Assembly (NCBI GenBank): GCA_024346625.1
Contig: AP024665.1
Location: forward strand, 1,488,001 to 1,552,000
From: Williopsis jadinii
Lineage: Eukaryota
Length of the DNA: 64,000 bases
Direction: 5' to 3'
Below the pieces are notes generated by a model, which saw only the letters and a program-made list of their open reading frames with translations, was not told where the DNA came from and searched no databases. Both the position numbers and the translations under genes were made by a program. Positions within the stretch are counted from its first letter, which is position 1. Each line of letters starts with the position of its first letter. Positions 45,536 to 57,800 of this stretch are shown piece by piece.

Positions 45536-47467
45536 ATGTTCTCTACAAATGATTTGAAGGAGGTTAACACGTTTGTTCCTGCAAGAAGAGACTCGCTGTT
45601 TGAGTCCGCCGGTTTGTCACATAATTTGACACCAAAGAATTTGCAACAACAACAACAGGGCGGCGGCGACTATGACAATAGCAGCTACAACGGCGGTGGA
45701 GCGGATGGTAATGGGAATGCGTTCACCCCTAACCCTCAGATTTGGAATAACGTTTTCGTTGATGACGGTGTCCAAGGCGGTATGGACCGTTATGCGTACC
45801 GCCAGGACGTGTCCGCTGGTGCACGCCCTGGCGGTTCAAGCTCGATTGTATCGAGCGGTGGCGATACGACGTATAACTATCAGACTGGCACTCAGAACCC
45901 TTCTTCCGGAGGGTCCTTGAGTAGCCTGCTGGGCGCCAGAAGAGGCTCCTCCATGGATAACTCGCAGTTTCAGTGGAATCAACTGTACAGTTCAAATGGT
46001 GGCGCGATGTCTCACGCTGGTGGGTTGGTTCAACAGCAACCACAGGGACAGAACTACAAGATTTGGTCTAAAGATGTTAGAGGTGGAAGCTGGCCTCATG
46101 AACTGCACACGTCCACGGGTTTGGGTATTGCTTCCAATGATGGATACGACTTGGGGTTCTTTTCATCACAAAGACGTCATCAGTCCCTGGATTCGGGATT
46201 TGCACCACAGGGATTCTTTGAACAACCTCTTGTGGGACATCAACAATCGCAAACGCAAACACTACCATCACTACAGCAGCACCATCATCATCATCAACAA
46301 CAACAACAACAGCAGCAGCAGCAGCAGCATGTACTTCAACAGGTTGCCGCCCAATCACAGACTTTGGGTAATGGTTTACAGTCACCCCATCCGCAAACTA
46401 CTTTTAACGAATCCATCTTTGATCAGACATCAGCACAAGGTAACCTCTCGCAATTGTCTGAGACGAATGAAAGTTTGAGAGAGGTTTACCGCAGTTTGGA
46501 TTTCTATTTCACACAAGATCCACATAACAGAGTTACAATAAAGGACCATACTTTGGAATCGCTCTCTGCAAAATTTCAATCTATGATGAAATCAGGTGCA
46601 CAATTACCAAGATTTGTCGACGAAGAGCTACCATCAACAAACATGATATTGGTGGCGTTCAAAGCTGGTCGCACAGATGTGTTCCACCTGCCATCGACCA
46701 CCTCTTTCAAGTTAAAAACTGGTGATTTGGTGATTGTTGAAGCGGATCGTGGCCGTGACCTTGGTAAAGTTCTTAGACTCGATGTCTCCCTTGATGAGGC
46801 TCGCTTGTTGAAGTATATGCAACATCAAGAACAACAGGCAGCTTTGGCTTCGTTTGAGGGAATGTCATCGCCACCTTCCTCTGCAAATGCCAATGCGTCC
46901 ACTGGCAGTGGTGGTACTGCTCAAGCTCCAGTGCCAACCTTACACTATCCCAAGCCAATCTTAAGATTTGCCATGCCAAATGAAGCTTGTCAAATTATAA
47001 GTAAACAAGCAGATGAGGAAAAGGCACAAAAGGTTTGTGCTTCAAAAGTTTCATCTTTCAAATTAGAAATGCGCGTTGTTGACGCCGAGTACCAGTGGGA
47101 TCGCAGGAAATTAACCCTTTATTATGCAGCTTCTCATAGAATCGATTTCAGAGAGTTGGTAAGAGAGTTGTTCAGGATTTACAAGACACGTATCTGGATG
47201 TGTGCTGTTGTATCTACCCATCAAGAATCACTGCGTGAAGAGTCTCTTAGCCCATCAACAGGTACTGTCTTGGCACAGCAACAGCAACAGCAACAGCAAC
47301 AACCTTATGGCTTGGGCTCTTTGTCTCCTAACAGTCAACACCCAGCAAATATTTGGTCAAGTCCAATTCCACAGACTTCTTCTACATTAGATTCTGGTCG
47401 GACTGATTTGGCAATGTTAGTTCCAAGACAACTCAGCTCTCCGGATAAAAAGATATGGTCAACCTGA
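45536..47467 (+). CDS. PSP1: PSP1 C-terminal-domain protein with Q/N/G-rich low-complexity N-terminus
   Basis: ATG at 45536. LVAFKAGRTDVF, GDLVIVEADRGRDLGKV, DAEYQWDRRKLT, RIDFRELVRELFRIYKTRIWMCAV motifs. Confidence 0.85.
   Translation: MFSTNDLKEVNTFVPARRDSLFESAGLSHNLTPKNLQQQQQGGGDYDNSSYNGGGADGNGNAFTPNPQIWNNVFVDDGVQGGMDRYAYRQDVSAGARPGGSSSIVSSGGDTTYNYQTGTQNPSSGGSLSSLLGARRGSSMDNSQFQWNQLYSSNGGAMSHAGGLVQQQPQGQNYKIWSKDVRGGSWPHELHTSTGLGIASNDGYDLGFFSSQRRHQSLDSGFAPQGFFEQPLVGHQQSQTQTLPSLQQHHHHHQQQQQQQQQQQHVLQQVAAQSQTLGNGLQSPHPQTTFNESIFDQTSAQGNLSQLSETNESLREVYRSLDFYFTQDPHNRVTIKDHTLESLSAKFQSMMKSGAQLPRFVDEELPSTNMILVAFKAGRTDVFHLPSTTSFKLKTGDLVIVEADRGRDLGKVLRLDVSLDEARLLKYMQHQEQQAALASFEGMSSPPSSANANASTGSGGTAQAPVPTLHYPKPILRFAMPNEACQIISKQADEEKAQKVCASKVSSFKLEMRVVDAEYQWDRRKLTLYYAASHRIDFRELVRELFRIYKTRIWMCAVVSTHQESLREESLSPSTGTVLAQQQQQQQQQPYGLGSLSPNSQHPANIWSSPIPQTSSTLDSGRTDLAMLVPRQLSSPDKKIWST
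46274..46330 (+). repeat. CAT/CAA/CAG microsatellite encoding QQHHHHH(Q)11H
   Basis: Read directly; a second polyQ tract lies at about 47275-47302. Confidence 0.9.
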
Positions 47468-49614
47468 TTGACACATGTGCTTTCTTCATTGTTCATTTCC
47501 ATGACAGTATGACACTATTATACCCACTGACGTTGCAACGCTTGTTTTTTTTGGTTGTGTTTTTCATTTCTCTACAGGATGATATACTAGAGGGTATATG
47601 TATACCCACCTTTATGTCTTTGGTTTGTTTGCTTTCCTATATTGCTTCTTCCTCGTTTAATTACAAGATCGTGAGGTTTTTCGATACACTCTTTGGTGCC
47701 CCTTTGAATGTGGTGATAGTACCCCATATTTGGTTGTGGCCGGCATTCTGATGAACCAATCTCATGTTCTGATTGTCCTTTGCTTTTCTTTTTACATGAT
47801 GTGGGCATTGCGTCACGGTAGCTAGTTCTCTGGTACTATCTTCAATTCTCTATTGTCACACTTCTCAAGTTTCTTTTTTTTCCTTATTACTTTGGCTTGA
47901 TTTACATTGCTGGTTTATTTTTCTATTGGCTTCTTGGATACTTATTGATTACTATACATTGTTGCTTTATGATATGCTTCTTTAAATCTTTAATCGACTT
48001 TTATGCGGTATTTCACGTACACAATTGATAATGGTAGCATCGTCACTGTCTTTTGTAACAAGCATAGAAACTCATCACGTAGTAGCTTACGAAATGGTGT
48101 ATACCAAGATCTGTTTCATCCCCCCCCCCCACAGTATTGTACATGTATCACGTTATGTACAGCGATGCAAATAGCATTCATCGCTATCCAGAATGAAGGA
48201 TGTAATCACTGATTGGTAATGACAATTGAGCAATTAATACGTTTGAGTGACTCATCCGATATCTAATAAAGCCATAGGGATGCAGAGGCCATATGTAGAA
48301 TAGCCATAGTCATCTCCAAAGTCCAAAGGTGTGTTCATTGCAAATTAAGTCCCCCTCAAACAAAAGATTTGCAGCTTCTCTTCGACACCGTCTCAGCCCA
48401 TATCATTAGGTTCGATTCTGTAATGCACTGTTGTTGCAGTCGCAGATCAGCAATCATAAAGCAACAATCGCTTAAACCGGGTGTGTTGGGTTGAAAACAA
48501 GGGGTATGACTTCAAGAGATAGTACATACATACACATTCCAGCTAGTGATATTGGCAAGAGTCCTACTATGTGCTATGTAAAGCTTGAGCAGCATGTTGT
48601 CCAATTAAGCTTAACTGATTGATTTACGAGTCGAGTATTTAGTGCTATGCTCTGCATGATACATGCTGGCTCAATGAACTGCGTACAATGCGATCATGAT
48701 AAAGGCTATAATCTAACTTTAATACGCACGTTGCCTCTCTAGACATGTCCTGTTGGTGAAATGCACTAATCGTTAACCCAATGGTTGCATAGGAAAGTTG
48801 ATTCTAGATGCACAAGACGTTTGATCTACACAGACGAAGAGGATGTTAACCAGTTCTGGAGGGGCATAATGCAGTGTGGATGACGAAAATAACAGCCCAT
48901 CTCACCATTTCCGGAAATGATTTGGAAACCCCACTAATACACAGTTCCGACATTGGAACTTATGTTAGCTTCGGTTGTGGAGAACACTGATTGGAGTGGA
49001 GTATCTATACTTGCTTGTATAGTCTAGGCCCTACTGCTAGGCTAATCAGTAGTCAATGTTGACTGTGTCTCCAGGAGTTGGTTATCTTCAACCAACGACA
49101 GTGTAGCGGAGGTCATTCTTACCTACAGTGTGGCGTTGTTTTTGGCAGGAAGGTCTCCACTTTTTGACTTCATGATAGAGTCTCTGTATACACCATACGG
49201 GGCCCAGAACATGTAATTGCAACATTAGCACGCTGTCTATTGTAATTGGCGTTCTATGGCTTTCCTGATGATACACGTGATGAAGCATCGCATCAATCTA
49301 CAAGAGCTCAGCCTCTGTGCAATTTGGAGTGTCATATGCTTCACATAGTGATGGTCCGTCACATCAGGGCTTCCATTGCTATAAATCATCATGTAAACCA
49401 TTGATTAAAATCAACAGCAGTACTTCATGGCAGGCATTATAAATGTGTCATATAACATCTCTACACCAAGCAGAAGGCATACGATTACCCGCCCGTTGTT
49501 GAAAATTTGTTCGAATTCCCGCGAATCGGTGAAGTTTTGAAGCTTTCGCAAGGTGTTGGACCTATTGGGCGTACAGTTTGTTTCATAATTAGCAGGTGAA
49601 TTAGGGCCCTTACT

Positions 49615-50564
49615 ATGTTGACCAGATCTTCAAATATACTGCGTCCATTGGTATGTCTACAGCCATTTTGGCGCTGCCATCTGTTGTGTGACGCCATTCT
49701 TACAGCAAAGCACACTCAGTCGATCATTTGTAACATGTCATACTAACGAAAAGTGATTCAACAGGGACAACAAATCGCAAGATTTGCTACAGAAGCTGCA
49801 CCAAATGCTTCTTCAACCATTGCTCAGCATGCCCAGGGTATGTACTATATCTGACTTTCTTCTCTATCTGATATTTCAAGCGTTTTTTGAGATACTAACC
49901 CAGGATTATAGAACCACCAAAGTATGTCCTTACGTCTCTGCGTTCCTTCCCATCACTGAAGCCAAAGACATTCCAGCCAGTTGCGTCTTCTCTACTCTCG
50001 GTTCCATTGCGTCGTGATATTCTCTGGAAGGCCGTTGTCTACGACGCCGACAACAGACGTGTCGGTGCGTCAAACCCAAAGGGAAGATCCGAGATGGGGT
50101 ACTCAAGAAAGAAGTTGTTACCGCAAAAGGGTACCGGTCGTGCCAGATCCGGTGACCGTGGTTCTCCAGTAAGACACGATGGTGGTGTTGCAATGGCTAG
50201 AACTGCTCCAAACGATTTCACCTCGGATTTGCCTAAAAAGGTTTACGATTTGGCCATGAAGATTGCATTGAGTGATAAGTACAGACAAGGCTCTCTCTTC
50301 ATCATCGATGGCTCACTGGAGATCCCAACAGAGGATTCACTGGCAACACAGATGTTCCTGAAGAAGCACGGACTCAAGGGGCACAAACTGCTCTTCATCA
50401 CAGACGAACACACTCCAAACTTACTCCAATCTACAGAAGCATACCAGAGCACTATCGACGTTGTTCAGAAAGAGGGCATCGAAGTTAGAGACATCCTACA
50501 TGCAGAGCAAGTGTTCATCGACTTGGATGCATTGAAGTGGTTTGCAGATGTTTACTCCTCATAA
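49615..50564 (+). CDS. YML6: Mitochondrial ribosomal protein uL4m; join(49615..49650,49765..49837,49912..50564)
   Basis: Two GTATGT..TACTAAC..YAG introns (49651-49764, 49838-49911) give a 762-nt open frame. RRDILWKAVVY and YSRKKLLPQKGTGRARSGDRGSP motifs; adjacent to RPS18. Confidence 0.92.
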
Positions 50565-50652
50565 GCAAAGTATATAGTAGTTGTTGTATGTAATAACAAA
50601 GAGGAAGGCGCCATGTACATATATCCATCTTTGACGTATATACACTTCTGTA

Positions 50653-50720
50653 AGCCCTAACACCTCTAAAGTCATGTGACCTCGTGTTCGCGAAGGCGGA
50701 AATCACGCTGGGAGCCCTAA
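50653..50720. promoter_or_regulatory. Tbf1-type AGCCCTAA sites (x2) flanking a Cbf1-like GTCATGTGAC upstream of RPS18
   Basis: AGCCCTAA at 50653 and 50713; GTCATGTGAC at 50671. Confidence 0.55.
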
Positions 50721-50963
50721 CTTCCAACGCCAAAAAAAGATGTCACAGAAACGAACAACAACGGGGCGTTTTTCACCGTAGTGGTGTCTGGATGTTATAA
50801 CGTATAGCAAACGACTCGCCGCGAAAAGCTACACAGAGGCCCTCGGTAGAGGACACACAATTGCAAAATTACCAGCGATTGTGCTTTTTTTTCACTTTTG
50901 AGACTCATCAACAACATAATCCTTCCTTTGAACTTGTTTTAAGCAGTACGAATCAATACAAAA

Positions 50964-51792
50964 ATGTCTTTGGTTGTCCAGGAACAAGGTTCTTTCCAAC
51001 ACATCTTGCGGTATGTTTGCTTATGAGCTGAAGGATTGAACGGAAGGAGGGAAATGTGTGGATTATGTTGTTTGTCCGAGGAGGTGTTCACCACGCTTTG
51101 TCTATGGCCAGCTTCGGAAGGAGCACAGGATGCTTATGGAGTTTTAAAGGTGGTTTATGAGCATTGGAGAATCATATGGAGGGCGTCCTATGCTGGATCT
51201 TTCAGGAGGAACGGGGGCGTGAGCATATTGTCAATCTACATGCTTTGAAAGTATCATTAGGGCCAGCAAGTTTTTCCCTCAACACCAGGTGCCCATTTGA
51301 AGCCCATTCTAGGAACGATTCCTATAGACACACACACTGTTCTCTTCCAATCCTGGTTTAAAGTGTTCTGTTTTACTAACATTTCTCGCCAGTTTGCTTA
51401 ACACTAACGTTGACGGTAAGATCAAGGTCCAATACGCCTTGACCACCATCAGAGGTGTCGGTCGTCGTTACTCCAACTTGGTTTGTAAGAAGGCTGATGT
51501 CGATCTCTCCAAGAGAGCTGGTGAGTTGACCCAAGAAGAGCTCGAGCGTGTTGTTACCATCTTGCAAAACCCAACTCAATACAAGATCCCAGCTTGGTTC
51601 TTGAACAGACAAAAAGACATTGTTGACGGTAAGGACTACCACGTCTTGGCCAACAACTTGGAGTCTAAGTTGAGAGATGACTTGGAGAGATTGAAAAAGA
51701 TCAGATCTCACCGTGGTATCCGTCACTTCTGGGGTTTGCGTGTCAGAGGTCAACACACCAAGACCACTGGTCGTCGTGGTAAGTCTGCTTAA
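50964..51792 (+). CDS. RPS18: 40S ribosomal protein S18 (uS13); join(50964..51010,51393..51792)
   Basis: [30 protein letters not shown] at 51011, TACTAAC at 51374, CAG at 51392; [16 protein letters not shown]. Confidence 0.98.
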
Positions 51793-51928
51793 GCGCTTTT
51801 TTCTTAATAGGGAGTTTTAAATCAACAAGTTTTAAGTCACGAGCATTGTATATTTAGACGGGTCTGTAGTTTACAATTACAACGTGAATAAATAACCGTA
51901 TAATCGTTCAATGTATATATAAAGCACT

Positions 51929-53917
51929 TTAACGGCCGGTACTGTCGCCCAAGTGTTCGGTTCCAACATATGTCCAGCCTCCAAACTGCTTCTGCACACT
52001 GTCACTCAGGTAGTCGTTCATAACACTGTCCACTGGCTTCTCGTTGGTGAACTCTTGGTCAAAGTTCGAGGTGTCTTGGTCGTCTCTCACTGGTGGTTTG
52101 AACGGTGGGAGGTAGCCCTTGCTATTCAGCTTATTCCAGTCAATCAGTTTGAAAAAGGCATGGTCCATGATCTCTTTGGCACCGTTTGCTCCTAGTCTCT
52201 GCTTTGGATCCCTTGATAACAGCTTGATCAGCAGGTCCTTTGCATCCTTGTCAAAGTTCTCTGGGAACTTCAGTGGGTTTGTGAGGATCTTTCTATACAT
52301 GGTCTTAACATCCTCGTCGTAATAAGGTGGTAAGCCCGTGAGCATTTCGTACAACAGTATACCCAGTGTCCACCAATCAACAACCTTTGTATAGGCGTTA
52401 CCGAGTAACAGCTCAGGAGCAAGGTACTCAGGCGTACCACAGAATGTTGTCGTCTTATCGTCGTTCTTCATGTTGAGCTTACAAAGGCCGAAATCGCAAA
52501 GCGCAATATGACCTTTGTAATCCAACAAGATGTTCTCGGGCTTCAGATCCCTATAGATGACATCCAAGGAATGGAGGCACTCCAGTGCACTCAGCAGTTC
52601 ACAGGTGTAGAACCTTGACCTTGACAAGTCAAACTTACCTTCCCTTTGTAGATGGTAGAATAGTTCACCACCGTTGATGAAGCTTAAAACCAAGTACAGC
52701 TTCTCAGGTGATTGGAATGAAAACTTCAAGGGAACAATGAATGGGTTATCCACACGAGCCAACACGGTACGTTCAGCCAGTGTATGTGTAACTTCTGATC
52801 TTGAGACGATATGAGACTTTCTAATGGCCTTCAAGGCATAAACCTTTCCAGAGTCCTTCTTACGCACTTGCATAACCTTGCCAAATGAGCCCTTTCCAAT
52901 CACTTTCAACAGATCAAAGTCATCGATAGTCAGGTGCTTATTCTCATTTGGTCTGTAGTCGATGGAAACCAAGATCTCACCGTTCTCATTCTGCGGAAAC
53001 CCAGGGTAATCATTCTCGAATGCAAGCACGCTATGGTTCTTCAATCTGATAGGGTTATTGATGTTATCGAAGGACAATGGCAACGTCTTAGATGAGATCA
53101 AAATATCCTGATTGCCCTCCTCTGTAACACCAGCTGATGCATTCAACAGCACAGTTGGCAATTTCAAAAACACCTGTAGCTTCAGCTCATTTTGGGACTT
53201 GGTAACGTCAAATTGTGATATCTTGTTGAACGTTGGTGAAGCAATGGAGCCCGAGTCAGCCTCAATAGACACTATGGTCTTATCGAACTCCATTGTAAAG
53301 TAGATCAGTGAGTTTCTCATGATAGAAGGTGGGATTGTAACCGATGCCGGGATGACGTGACTAGCATCGTCAGCCCCCAGTTTATCCTCCGTGATGCTCA
53401 AGTTGTTCAACTTGGTCAGGAGAGCATCACCGTTCCTCTGTCTACCTGAATTGATCAGCTTGGCGAGCACATCCTTATCGTTGTTGATTGCAAAGGGGAT
53501 TTTGAAATGCGCACCGGTATAAATCTTTATTGTAAGCATTCCCGGGTTGAAATGGGCATCCTTGCCATCCTTCGCCTTCTCCGGCGACGATCTCATCGTC
53601 ATACTCGAAGCGTGTGAGGTGGAGGGATGGAGTCTCGTACTATCATTGGTCTTTAACCCACCTTGTGATGGATTATGTCCAGCCACTGGAGTGGACGTTG
53701 ACACCGTTGCCGGTGTAACAGTGTCTCTTCTAGAACTACTGTCATTTGTGCATACGGAGTCCTTGGACTCTGTATGCTTATGGCCAAGCGTGGCGAACTC
53801 CTTTGTATGGGCTCCATGGCTGGTGACAGATGATTGGTCCTCCTCCTCTTTCGGGTTAGGGCTCTTTGATCTGGAGAATTCCTTCAGCTTCTTGGTGAGC
53901 TTCCACGAGGACATCAT
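51929..53917 (-). CDS. YPK1: AGC Ser/Thr kinase Ypk1/Ypk2
   Basis: ATG at 53917. DFDLLKVIGKGSFGKVMQV, EVTHTLAERTVL, TFCGTPEYLAPE and the hydrophobic motif FGGWTY. Confidence 0.95.
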   Translation of the reverse strand: MMSSWKLTKKLKEFSRSKSPNPKEEEDQSSVTSHGAHTKEFATLGHKHTESKDSVCTNDSSSRRDTVTPATVSTSTPVAGHNPSQGGLKTNDSTRLHPSTSHASSMTMRSSPEKAKDGKDAHFNPGMLTIKIYTGAHFKIPFAINNDKDVLAKLINSGRQRNGDALLTKLNNLSITEDKLGADDASHVIPASVTIPPSIMRNSLIYFTMEFDKTIVSIEADSGSIASPTFNKISQFDVTKSQNELKLQVFLKLPTVLLNASAGVTEEGNQDILISSKTLPLSFDNINNPIRLKNHSVLAFENDYPGFPQNENGEILVSIDYRPNENKHLTIDDFDLLKVIGKGSFGKVMQVRKKDSGKVYALKAIRKSHIVSRSEVTHTLAERTVLARVDNPFIVPLKFSFQSPEKLYLVLSFINGGELFYHLQREGKFDLSRSRFYTCELLSALECLHSLDVIYRDLKPENILLDYKGHIALCDFGLCKLNMKNDDKTTTFCGTPEYLAPELLLGNAYTKVVDWWTLGILLYEMLTGLPPYYDEDVKTMYRKILTNPLKFPENFDKDAKDLLIKLLSRDPKQRLGANGAKEIMDHAFFKLIDWNKLNSKGYLPPFKPPVRDDQDTSNFDQEFTNEKPVDSVMNDYLSDSVQKQFGGWTYVGTEHLGDSTGR

Positions 53918-54868
53918 CTTGCTATGTGCGTACCCTGGACTGTTCAATGGCTCCTGTCTCTATCTGTCAGACAGCTGGATATAAACGGGCTTCCAATTGG
54001 TGTGTGTGTGTGACACTTGATTCTGTATTGATACCGAAGAGGGAAGTTGGCAAGGTGGAATTTCCCTCTTTCCCTCTGAGCCCGAGCAGCCGGCCTTCAC
54101 TGCCTAATCCGGAGATTATCGCGCACCATCGAGAATTAACCGAGAAGAAGTACGTCCGTGATTACGTAATGGGTTTTGGTCCTGTTTCTCAACCCCTAAA
54201 ATTTAGAGTTTTTTTCTTCTCTGTGTGAGCGTTTTTGTGTTTTGTTTGTGGGTTTTTGGTTGCCAGGGGGAGGGGAGGTGCCACGAAAAGGCGAAACGCG
54301 TGGGAGCGGCAGAGGCGGTCCTCAAAAGGCTGGTGAGCGTCTCACCCGTTAAAACAAGATTGCGAAAAGACAAAAAAAAATGCATAGACGCGCCCGCTCC
54401 CCTTTTAAAACAGGAACAAGTTGATCAGACAAAAGAGACAAAATTTTGACGCGTTTGTTTACGTGGTGTGTGGATGTTTCTCTCCCTTCAGCGGTGGTTC
54501 AATTGGAAGGGGGATAGAAACCACAGTAACCGCCTTTGAGAGGGCTTTGTGGATCAAATTTTTTTTCTCTTTGGAGCCTTTAGAACCCATTTTCTCTCGC
54601 TGTGTTTGAGGTCTGTGCGTGTTGTCTGCTTGTTTCTCCCTCACTGTCTCGTCCACTTGATCCGCTGTGGTGCTCACTGTTAACAAAACGTCTGTGTCGC
54701 TTGTCCATTGGTGCTTCAATTGAATAACACGGTGGAATAAACCGGGAGAAGAAAAGAGGAAGGATCACCAACTACTTTTACGCTCATTTATACCCTCTGA
54801 TTTGCTCCCCTTCGTTTCCTCCGCTTCTGCTGCTGAACCCACCCCATTTCTGAGTTATACCACAAGTG

Positions 54869-57800
54869 ATGGCTTCGAAGATTAACAACCACCCCAGTGT
54901 TGATAACTTTGCCCATAGCGCTGCGAGGGCAGCGCTCTCTCAGAACAACAACGTCCAGAATGTGCCGGTGGTGCCTAGGAAAAACGCGTCAACGCCCAAA
55001 GTCACTGAGCAGACCGCCAATGAGATCGATAGAATCGTTGTCTCCGTTGAAAACGCTACAAAGCGGTTGTCTCAGATCTCGACAAACACCAACTCGTCAA
55101 AGAGGAAGTCGAAAAACCACGTTGGACCCTGGAGATTGGGCCGTACACTTGGTAAGGGCTCCACAGGTAGGGTCCGTTTAGCAAAGCATTCGGAGACTGG
55201 ACAGTTGGCTGCTGTAAAGATCGTCCCCAAGTCTAAGTTCCAAAAGGATGGCAAGGCTGACAAGGCGATCTGCTCTCCCTATGGTATTGAGAGGGAAATC
55301 ATCATCATGAAGTTGATCTCGCACCCTAATATCATGGCTTTGTATGACGTGTGGGAAAATAAAGGCGAGCTCTACCTGGTGCTCGAATACGTCGAAGGCG
55401 GTGAACTGTTCGACTACCTCATCAAGAAGGGGAAACTCCCTGAACGTGAGGCGGTCCACTATTTTAGACAGATCATTAGCGGTGTCAGCTATTGCCATCA
55501 GTTCAACATCTGTCATCGTGATCTCAAGCCGGAGAACCTGTTGCTCGATAAGAACAACAACATCAAGATTGCCGATTTCGGTATGGCTGCTCTGGAGATG
55601 AATCAACAGCTCTTGGAGACAAGTTGTGGTTCTCCACATTACGCATCGCCTGAAATCGTCACTGGTAAATCGTACCATGGCTCTCCAAGTGACATTTGGT
55701 CCTGTGGTATCATACTGTTTGCACTTCTCACGGGTCATTTACCGTTCGATGATGAAAATATCAGAAACTTATTGCTCAAAGTTCGTGCAGGTAGGTTCGT
55801 GATGCCAAATTACCTTACGCCAGAGGCCAAGGACCTTATCTGGAAAATGTTGAAAGTTAACCCAGCAGAGAGAATCAAAATTAACGATATCTTCAAGCAT
55901 ACCTTGTTGAAGAAGTACGAAACCTCGGCATTGCTGAAAACCAAGAAGAAGAACCAGGATAAAGTAGATTCTTACTACAACGATGTTTCCAATATGGTGT
56001 TGAAGAAATCAGATATTGATCAAGACATTCTTAAGAGTCTTTCTGTTTTATTCCACGGTGCTACAGAACAGTCACTCATTCCCAAATTGATATCTAGAAG
56101 ATCAAATCCGGAGAGAATGTTTTACTACCTCTTGTTGAACTATAAGCAACAACACCAGACAAAGGAAAAGTCTGAAATGTCTCATAAGAACTCCAAGAAG
56201 AAGAAGATTGGAGCTGGTGATGGCACTCTTAAGAAATCGAAGAGCATGTCTAAGACAACAATCACTAACGAGGATGGCTCTCAAATTGTAAAGACTGAAC
56301 AGGTCGAAATGCCTCCAATACCAGTGGCCCCAGTGATCAAGTCGATCAAGAACGCGTCGGGACAAATTCAAATCTCTGCATCGAACTCTTACCGTCGTGG
56401 AATCTCGTTCAATACGAACAACAACGGTAATAGATCTGCTCACGTGTCGAGATCATCGAGTAGAAGATCGTTCGCCTCTAACAATAACAATGCGATCTTG
56501 AAGAAACACAAAAGTATTCTACCACCGTTGCCTGATTTGGATGTTGATTGGTTGAGCTTCGGTGATGATGGTATGCCTAAAGGTGAATTTGCCGAGCTCT
56601 ACGAGGAGATCTTTAACTTTAACGGTATAAAAAAGGAACCGAAGAGTAGGGACGATGGTACATTCATTACATCTTCTCCTTTGCCTTCAAAAATTGAAAT
56701 GACTTTAAAACAAGAAGAAGACAAGGAGAACATGCCGTTGGGAATTGCACGTCAAAGACCAAAAATGTCTTCGAGCTCGCCTAAAGTGGCAGCGCTCTCT
56801 CCAAGACGAACAAGGCCTTTACCAACAGAGTCACATCCACCTTCCATTGCTGCACCGGTGGCTCCTGTTGCCAAGTTACCACCAATGACTGATGTGGATT
56901 ATAGCTCTCAAAGACGTGCTGTTACTGAACCAACACCTGAGCTAAAACCAACAACTTTGGATCCAAGTTATAAGAAGAGTGGAGCTACCGACATGAATCC
57001 AAATGCTGTACTTCAGAGATTGGGTGTGTCTCTGCAACGAGATCACAAGACTCGCTCAAAGATTTATTACTCAAAGTCTTCCACCTCCATCAACCTTGCA
57101 GCTATTTTACAAGGAAACCAGGACGATATACCGCCTTTGCCAAATGCAGATCTTGTAACTTCCACTGTTCCTGCTACCACTAATGCTGCTGCTGCTGCTG
57201 AATCTAGTGCCGCTGGGTCGACCCTTGTGTCACAGGCTCCAGATTATAGGATATCATCATCAAACTACGGTTCAATACGTAGTGGTTGCTCAGATGACGA
57301 TGGAACTATTTCTGTTGCCACGAAAGAATTGACAAAGGAGCTGACTTTTGATTTCGAAGTTCCAACAATGACTGAAGTTGCCACTGCTGTGCCAATGTCT
57401 GCAGCATCAAATGTCACTGTAGGTAGCAAGTTGACTCCAAGGGAAGACAGTATGTTTGTTGATGTCGCTGCCTCGGAACAGAACCTCCTAAAGTTGTCCA
57501 CATCTACCCATTCGACTATTAAACACCATAGAAAAGCTTCGACTGATCCGAAACATATCTACGCTGCAATGGTGGACTTCAGAGGTAGTCTGTATAACAA
57601 CCCAAGTGATTTGAGAGATGATGACGTTCCTGTACCTCAACTTGGAGAATTTGAGAGGCCCAAATTTTCAACTGTTGATGACTTTAATGAGACAAAGAGT
57701 TCAATTATGGATAACTCAATATTTGCTGATAATACCGATGATGATTTGGAATCCGGTGGTGCCAAACGCGTTACTATGATCTTTGACGATTTCCAAGATG

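Noticed and set aside
47470..49600. 2-kb AT-rich gap with a poly-C run as a centromere or LTR
   Set aside because: No repeats, TG..CA termini with target duplication, or coding relics recognised; the first part looks like the PSP1 3' UTR.
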